This document shows, one piece after another, positions 25,155 to 30,750 of a stretch of 30,750 bases of DNA. Source of the stretch: Candidatus Rokuibacteriota bacterium. Its GTDB lineage: Bacteria; Methylomirabilota; Methylomirabilia; Rokubacteriales; DASRDR01. Position numbers and translations under genes: made by a program. Each line of letters begins with the position of its first letter. Positions within the stretch are counted from its first letter, which is position 1. Under the pieces are notes generated by a model, which saw only the letters and a list, made by a program, of their open reading frames with translations, was not told the origin of the DNA and did not search any database. The stretch is taken from the NCBI GenBank assembly GCA_044866005.1, contig JBIOTN010000147.1:1-30750 (forward strand), written 5' to 3'.

Positions 25155-26167
25155 TCACGCGGCGACGCGTCGTGCTCTTCGGCGCGGGCGCGGCGCTCGC
25201 GCTCGCCGTCGTCTCGACGCTCGCGCTCATGCTCGGCGCGGCCCCGGTCTCGCCGGCCGAGGTCGCGGCGGCCCTCGTCGGCCGCGCGCCCTCGGAGCTG
25301 GCCACGACCGTGGTGCTCGGGCTCCGCCTCCCGCGCATCCTGCTGGCGGCGCTGGCGGGGGTGGGGCTCGCCGTCGCCGGCGTCGCCTTCCAGGCGCTGA
25401 CGCGGAACCCCCTCGCCGACCCGGCGGTGCTGGGCGTCGCGAGCGGCGCGGCGCTCGGCGCCGTCGTGGGCCAGATCGCCGGCCTGGAGGGCTCCTGGCT
25501 CGCGGCCTTCGGCCTGTCCGCCGTCGCCTTCGCCGGCGCGCTCGCCGCGGCGGTCGCCGTCTACGTGATCGCGTCCGTGGGTGGCCGTCTGCCGATCCAG
25601 ACGCTGCTGCTGGCCGGCGTGATCACGGGCCTCTTCTTTTCCGCCGCCATCACGCTCGTCGTCTCCGTCGCGGACTTCGCGCGGCTCGCCGGGATCCTCC
25701 ACTGGCTCATGGGGAGCCTGGGCCCCCTCGGGTACCGCCCCGTCGCCGTGATGGCGCTCGGCTGCGCCGTCGGGGTCGGCGCGATCTACGGCCAGGCTCG
25801 GGCGCTCAACCTGCTCGCCCTCGGCGAGGAGTCGGCGCTCCAGCTCGGCGTCGAGGCGGAGCGGGTCAAGCGCGTCATCTTCGTCGCGGCCTCGCTCCTC
25901 ACGGGCGTCGTCGTGGCCCACACCGGACCGATCGGGTTCGTCGGCCTCATCGTCCCGCACGCGGTCCGGCTGGCGGTGGGCCCCGACAACCGGCTGCTGA
26001 TCCCGGTGGCGGCGGGGGCGGGCGGCGCCTTCCTGGTCCTGGCGGACACGGTGGCGCGGGTCGTCGTGCGCCCGGCCGAGCTGCCGGTCGGCGTCATCAC
26101 CGCGTTCTGCGGCGCGCCGTTCTTCATCTATCTCCTCCGCACGCGGTTCGGGCGAGGGCTCCGGTGA
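25148..26167 (+). CDS. btuC: Cobalamin ABC transporter permease (FecCD family)
   Basis: 'LRLPR', 'QALTRNPLADP', 'WLMGSL', 'LGEESALQLGV', 'GPIGFVGLIVPH', 'ELPVG', 'GAPFF'. Confidence 0.88.
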   Translation: MVITRRRVVLFGAGAALALAVVSTLALMLGAAPVSPAEVAAALVGRAPSELATTVVLGLRLPRILLAALAGVGLAVAGVAFQALTRNPLADPAVLGVASGAALGAVVGQIAGLEGSWLAAFGLSAVAFAGALAAAVAVYVIASVGGRLPIQTLLLAGVITGLFFSAAITLVVSVADFARLAGILHWLMGSLGPLGYRPVAVMALGCAVGVGAIYGQARALNLLALGEESALQLGVEAERVKRVIFVAASLLTGVVVAHTGPIGFVGLIVPHAVRLAVGPDNRLLIPVAAGAGGAFLVLADTVARVVVRPAELPVGVITAFCGAPFFIYLLRTRFGRGLR

Positions 26168-26967
26168 CCCCGCTCCTCGAGGCGCGGGAGCTCGCCTTCG
26201 CCTACGACGGCGGCTTCCGGCTGGGCGCGCTCTCCTTCGCGCTCGCGGCGGGCGAGATCCTCGGCGTCATCGGCCCGAACGGCTCGGGGAAGACCACGCT
26301 GATCCGCCTTCTCTCCAAGGTCTACGCGCCCGCGGGCGGCGAGGTCCGGCTCGCGGGCACCCCGCTCGGCCGGCTCTCCCGCCGCGCGCTGGCGCGCCAG
26401 GTGGCCGTCCTGCCGCAGGACCTCGCCGTCGCCTTTCCCTTCACGGTGGAGGACCTCTGTCTCATGGGCCGCCACCCCCACGCGGAGGGACGCTTCTTCG
26501 ACGGGCCGGGCGACCTCGCCCGGACACGCGAGGCGATGGCGGCGGTCGGTGTCCTCGCGCTCCGGGACACGCCGGTCGAGCTGCTCTCGGGCGGCGAGCG
26601 CCAGCGCGCCTTCCTCGCGCGGGCGCTCGCCCAGGAGCCGCGGCTGCTGCTCCTCGATGAGCCGACGAGCCACCTCGATCTGCGCTACCAGCGAGAGGTC
26701 GTCGGGCTGCTGCGCCGGCTGAACCGCGACCGCGGCGTGGCGATCGTCCTCGTCAGCCACGACCTGAACCTGGCGGGCGAGGTCGCGGACCGGCTCCTCT
26801 TGCTGCGAGACGGCCGGGCCGTCCGGCTCGGGCCGCCGTCAGCGGTCCTCGACGAGGCGACCCTCGAGGCGGCCTACGGGTGCCCCGTTCGCGTGGACAA
26901 GAGCCCGTCGGGGCGGCCCGTCGTGGCCATCCGCTGGCCCGATCCCGAGGCGTTCGAGGGGAGGTGA
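26164..26967 (+). CDS. btuD: Cobalamin ABC transporter ATPase
   Basis: 'GPNGSGKTT', 'LSGGERQR', 'LLDEPTSHLD', 'SHDLN'. Confidence 0.88.
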   Translation: MTPLLEARELAFAYDGGFRLGALSFALAAGEILGVIGPNGSGKTTLIRLLSKVYAPAGGEVRLAGTPLGRLSRRALARQVAVLPQDLAVAFPFTVEDLCLMGRHPHAEGRFFDGPGDLARTREAMAAVGVLALRDTPVELLSGGERQRAFLARALAQEPRLLLLDEPTSHLDLRYQREVVGLLRRLNRDRGVAIVLVSHDLNLAGEVADRLLLLRDGRAVRLGPPSAVLDEATLEAAYGCPVRVDKSPSGRPVVAIRWPDPEAFEGR

Positions 26968-26987
26968 TCGACACCGGCTGAGCTACT

Positions 26988-27157
26988 CCGTCCCCGATGC
27001 CGGGAAGCCGGTGGAGGCGTCCCTCGGGCGCCGAGTCCGGCACTGTCCCGCAACTGTAAGTGGGGAGCGCCGCCGCACGAGCCACTGGGGCGAACGCGGT
27101 CCTGGGAAGGCGCGGCGGGCGCGACGAGCCACGAGTCAGGAGACCGATCGGGGGCGG
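26988..27157 (+). promoter_or_regulatory. Cobalamin riboswitch 2 (internal, atypical)
   Basis: GGGAA-GCCGGTG...TCCGGC-ACTGTCCCGCAACTGT, GCCACTG, GGGAAGG, GAGTCAGGAGACC; P1 ccgtccccgat/atcgggggcgg. Confidence 0.88.
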
Positions 27158-27193
27158 CCGCGGACACTCTTTCGTGGATCAGGGGAGTGCGCG

Positions 27194-29083
27194 ATGAACG
27201 GACTGGCGCGATGGAGCGGGGTGGGAGTGCTGGCGTGGGCGATCGGCGCGGCCGGCGCGGGCGAGGTGGAGGCCCAGGGGCGCGAGCCGGGCGTGCAGCG
27301 CGCGGAGGCGGTCGTCATCACGGCGACGCGCCTGGAGGAGTCGCTGGAGCGGATCGGGGCCTCGGTCACGATCATCCCCGAGGAGGTCCTCCGGGCCCAG
27401 GAGTACCGGACCGTGGAAGAGGCGCTGCGGTCCGTGCCGGGCGTCGAGATGGAGCGCTCGGGCAGCCTCGGGAAGCTCACCACCGTCCGGATCCGCGGCG
27501 CCGCGCCGACCCAGGTCCAGGTCCTGGTCGACGGCGTCCGGGTCAAGAGCACGACGACCGGGGACTTCGACTTCGCCGACCTCTCGCTCGACGACGTCGA
27601 GCGGATCGAGGTCGTGCGAGGCCCCCAGTCCACCCTCTACGGCGCCGACGCCATCGGCGGCGTGATCAACGTCATCACCAAGCGCGGGCGCGGCGCGCCG
27701 ACCGCCTACCTCGACCTCGAGGCGGGCAACTACGACACCTACCGCGAGCGCGCCGGCCTCTCGGGGAGTGCCGGGCCGTGGAGCTTCTCGCTCGGCGTGT
27801 CGCGTCTGGACTTCGGCGGCCAGTTCCGGAACGACGAGCACGACCTCACGAGCGTCAACGCCCGGCTCGGCTACGACCTGCCGAACCGGGGCGAGGTGGC
27901 GCTCGTGGGCCGGGTGAGCGACGGCCACCGGGGCATCCCGTTCCGGACCGTCTTCCCGGACTTCGCGCTCCGTCGCGAGCAGGACGACCGGTCCGCGCTG
28001 GCGAGCCTCGAGTGGCGGCAGCCCTGGACCGCGGCCTACGACCACGTGCTGCGGCTGTCGGCGACGCGGAGCGCGCTCACCTTCCGGGACCCCGACAGTC
28101 CCTTCGAGGCGCGCTCGGACATCGAGACGGAGCGGCGCGAGGTGGACTGGCTCCACCACCTCTACCTCGGCGCCCTCGACACGGTCACGATCGGGCTGGA
28201 GTACCGGAACGAGGAAGGGACGAACAAGGGAACCTTCGCGCGGAGCACGGACACGTTCGGCGCGTTCGCCCAGAACGAGCTCCGCCTCTTCGACCGGCTG
28301 TTCCTGACGGGCGGCCTGCGACACGACCACAACAGCGTCTTCGGCGACAAGACGACGGCGCGCGCCGCGGGCTCGTACGTGGTGCGCGCGACGGACACGC
28401 GCCTGAAGGCCTCCTGGGCGGAGGGCTTCCGGGCGCCGACGTTCAACGAGCTCTTCTTCCCGGCCTTCCCGCCCTGTCCGTCCTTCGGCAACCCGAGTCT
28501 CCGCCCCGAGGAGAGCGAGAGCTGGGACGCCGGGATCGAGCAGCAGCTCTGGGCGCGGCGCGTCCGCATCGGCGCGACCTACTTCCGGAACGACTTCAAG
28601 GACCTCATCCAGACGGCGCTGATCGATCCGGTCAACTTCTGCTTCCAGGCCCAGAACGTCGGGCGGGCGCGCTCGGAGGGCGTCGAGGTGGAGGCGAGCG
28701 TCGCCCCCGTCGACGGGCTGCTGCTCGCGCTGGCCTACACCTACACCGACACCACGGACGAGACGACCGGGGAGCCGCTCCGGCGGTTCGCCCCGCACCG
28801 CTGGGCCGTCACCGGGACGTACGAGCTGCCCGGCGGGCTCACCGTCAGCGCGGAGCTCTTCGTCGTGTCGAGCCAGTTCGAGGCGTCCGGGACGCCGCGG
28901 AATCCCGGCTACGTCGTCGTCAACGCCGCCGGCGCGTACCGCCTGCCCTGGCGGTGGGGCTGGCTCTCGGGCGTGGCCGTGCACGTCAAGGTGACGAACC
29001 TCTTCAACGAGGACTACGCGGAGGTCCGGGGTTTCCCGGCGCTCGGCACCCACGTGGTCGCCGGGCTCCGCGGGACCTTCTGA
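27194..29083 (+). CDS. btuB: TonB-dependent cobalamin receptor
   Basis: ATG 27194 with SD GGGGAG; 'VVITATR', plug 'IRGAAP...VLVDGV...VERIEVVRGPQSTLYGADAIGGVINVITK', 'FRAPTFNELF', 'PEESESWDAG', C-terminal Phe; preceded by a B12 riboswitch. Confidence 0.92.
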   Translation: MNGLARWSGVGVLAWAIGAAGAGEVEAQGREPGVQRAEAVVITATRLEESLERIGASVTIIPEEVLRAQEYRTVEEALRSVPGVEMERSGSLGKLTTVRIRGAAPTQVQVLVDGVRVKSTTTGDFDFADLSLDDVERIEVVRGPQSTLYGADAIGGVINVITKRGRGAPTAYLDLEAGNYDTYRERAGLSGSAGPWSFSLGVSRLDFGGQFRNDEHDLTSVNARLGYDLPNRGEVALVGRVSDGHRGIPFRTVFPDFALRREQDDRSALASLEWRQPWTAAYDHVLRLSATRSALTFRDPDSPFEARSDIETERREVDWLHHLYLGALDTVTIGLEYRNEEGTNKGTFARSTDTFGAFAQNELRLFDRLFLTGGLRHDHNSVFGDKTTARAAGSYVVRATDTRLKASWAEGFRAPTFNELFFPAFPPCPSFGNPSLRPEESESWDAGIEQQLWARRVRIGATYFRNDFKDLIQTALIDPVNFCFQAQNVGRARSEGVEVEASVAPVDGLLLALAYTYTDTTDETTGEPLRRFAPHRWAVTGTYELPGGLTVSAELFVVSSQFEASGTPRNPGYVVVNAAGAYRLPWRWGWLSGVAVHVKVTNLFNEDYAEVRGFPALGTHVVAGLRGTF

Positions 29084-29096
29084 GCGCGAGGCGGGC

Positions 29097-29837
29097 ATGA
29101 GCGAGGTCGAGATCCGGTTCCTCGGAACCGGAGACGCCTTCGGCAGCGGCGGGCGATTTCAGGCCTGCATCCACGTCCGGTGCGACGCGGGGCGGTTCCT
29201 CCTGGACTGCGGCGCCTCTTCCCTCGTCGCGATGCGGCGCTTCGGTGTGGACCCCGGGCTCGTGGACGCCGTCGTTCTTTCCCACCTGCACGGCGACCAC
29301 TTCGCCGGGATCCCCTTCCTCGTCCTTCAGGGGCAGTTCGGGCACCGGACGCGGCCCCTGATCGTCGCCGGTCCCCCGGGCGTCGAGGCGCGGGTCCGCG
29401 CGGCGATGGACGTGCTGTTTCCCGGGTCGTCCGGGGTCCCGTGCCGGTTCGCCCTCCGGTTCGTCGAGCTGGCGGAGAGGACCGCGACGGACCTCGGGTC
29501 GCTCGTGGTGACCCCGTATGGCGTCGTTCACCCCAGCGGCGCGCCACCGTTCGCGCTGCGCGTGACGTGCGGGGCTCGGGTGATCGCCTACTCCGGGGAC
29601 ACGGAATGGACGGACGCGCTGGTGGAGGCGGGGCGCGGAGCGGACCTCTACATCTGCGAGGCGTATTTCTTCGACAAGAAAGTCAAGTATCACCTCGACT
29701 ATCGCACCCTGATGGCGCAGCGGGCCCGGCTCGGCTGCGGCCGGCTCGTCATCACCCACATGAGCGACGACCTGCTCGGACGCCTGCCCCTGGCCGACGT
29801 CGAATGGGCCGAGGATGGCAAGACGATCGTCCTCTGA
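29097..29837 (+). CDS. Metallo-beta-lactamase-fold hydrolase, RNase Z/PhnP-like
   Basis: 'FLGTGDAF', 'LDCG', HxHxDH 'SHLHGDH', 'YSGDT', 'ICEA', 'ITHM'. Confidence 0.88.
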   Translation: MSEVEIRFLGTGDAFGSGGRFQACIHVRCDAGRFLLDCGASSLVAMRRFGVDPGLVDAVVLSHLHGDHFAGIPFLVLQGQFGHRTRPLIVAGPPGVEARVRAAMDVLFPGSSGVPCRFALRFVELAERTATDLGSLVVTPYGVVHPSGAPPFALRVTCGARVIAYSGDTEWTDALVEAGRGADLYICEAYFFDKKVKYHLDYRTLMAQRARLGCGRLVITHMSDDLLGRLPLADVEWAEDGKTIVL

Positions 29838-29873
29838 GCGGCGGACGGCCGGCGCGGCGGCGATGGGTCGGCG

Positions 29874-30506
29874 ATGATTCGCGGGATCGAGATCGAGGTC
29901 GGGCGCGACGCCGTCTGGGTGCGGAGCGCCGAGCCGCTCCGCGTCGTCTCTTCCGCCTTCGTGGGCGGGGACCTCGGGACCACCCGGCACATCCTCAACA
30001 TGCACTGGCCGCACGACTGGCGGGAGGACCTCGACGCCGAGCTGGCCGCGTTCGCCCGCCGGCTCGGCATCGCCGAGCCGTTCGTCGGCCTGATGACCGC
30101 GGCCGCCACGCACGAGGCGGCGGCGGTCACCGAGGCCGCCGACGGCGTCGCGGTGACCGCGGTGGCGACCGTCGCGCTCGGGGCCCTCGTCTCGGCCGGG
30201 GTGAGCCCGCCCGGGCCGTGGCGTCCCGCCACCATCAACACGGTCGTCCTGCTCGACGCCAGACTCGAGCCGGCCGCGGCCGTCAACGGCGTGATCACGG
30301 CGACCGAGGCGAAGGTCGCCGCGCTGACCGAGGCCGGGGTCGTCACGCGTGACGGCGCCCCGGCCACCGGCACCGTGACCGACGCCGTCGTCGTCGCCTG
30401 GACCGATCGCGGGCCGCGATTGCCCTACCTGGGCCCCGCCGCGCCCGGCGGATGGCTGGTGGCCCGCGCCGTGCGCCGCGCCGTGCTCGAAGGGATCGAG
30501 CGATGA
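29874..30506 (+). CDS. cbiZ: Adenosylcobinamide amidohydrolase
   Basis: 'VSSAFVGG', 'VGLMTAA', 'TINTVV', 'ITATEAK', 'ATGTVTDAVVV'. Confidence 0.88.
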   Translation: MIRGIEIEVGRDAVWVRSAEPLRVVSSAFVGGDLGTTRHILNMHWPHDWREDLDAELAAFARRLGIAEPFVGLMTAAATHEAAAVTEAADGVAVTAVATVALGALVSAGVSPPGPWRPATINTVVLLDARLEPAAAVNGVITATEAKVAALTEAGVVTRDGAPATGTVTDAVVVAWTDRGPRLPYLGPAAPGGWLVARAVRRAVLEGIER

Positions 30507-30750
30507 ATGTCCGAGGCCCGTCGCCCCGGGTTTGAGCCGATGAGTCTGCCGGCTCCCGTGGGGCGGGGGGGCAGGGTCGCCCGGCCGCGACTCGCGGCGC
30601 TGCTCCTGGCGGTCGGCCTCGACCTCGCCGCCGGGGAGCCGCGGGATCCCTGGCACCCGGTCGCCTGGGTCGGGCGCGCGCTCGCCTGGGCCGAGCGGCG
30701 CGCCGGCCGCCGCACCGTGGCGGCGGGCGCCGGCGCCCTGCTCGGCGTCG
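30507..30750 (+). CDS. cbiB: Adenosylcobinamide-phosphate synthase CbiB/CobD (partial, runs off window)
   Basis: Manual translation: '...LAALLLAVGLDLAAGEPRDPWHPVAWVGRAL'; D-x3-GEP-x4-HPV motif. Start ATG 30507 or 30540. Confidence 0.85.
   Translation, partial: MSEARRPGFEPMSLPAPVGRGGRVARPRLAALLLAVGLDLAAGEPRDPWHPVAWVGRALAWAERRAGRRTVAAGAGALLGV

Noticed and set aside
1..30750. tRNA, rRNA, prophage or defence-system genes
   Set aside because: No cloverleaf/T-arm signatures, rRNA-like segments, phage or defence motifs, or low-GC island recognised by eye.

Overview
Very GC-rich diderm bacterial chromosome segment; the gene content and repeat style suggest a Rokubacteria/Methylomirabilota-like organism, but that is inference only. 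1-11.5 kb (minus strand): a type II secretion operon gspE-F-G-H-I-J-K-L-M-C-D, with the secretin running off the left edge. Divergently: a Zur-like regulator with a perfect 10-1-10 palindrome, a ZIP transporter, aroQ, an ECF sigma factor fused to a membrane segment and extracytoplasmic domain, and an acyl-CoA carboxyltransferase. Then cobS, a cobC-like phosphatase, an S4/Hsp15 protein, a DAO-family oxidoreductase, a Fet4-like protein and DUF420. The right end is a cobamide salvage/remodelling operon (cobU-cobT-cbiA-btuFCD-btuB-MBL hydrolase-cbiZ-cbiB) with two cobalamin riboswitches. Most notable unexplained signals: (1) a dispersed DNA repeat family sitting in-frame in the cleavable leader peptides of pseudopilins GspG/I/J/K and in a coupled spacer ORF between gspK and gspL; (2) repeated mini-ORFs that bridge gene gaps with start/stop overlaps; (3) a sigma54-promoter, three-hairpin sRNA candidate at about 16400-16537; (4) the membrane-tethered ECF sigma fusion; (5) an RNase Z-like hydrolase inside the B12 remodelling operon.
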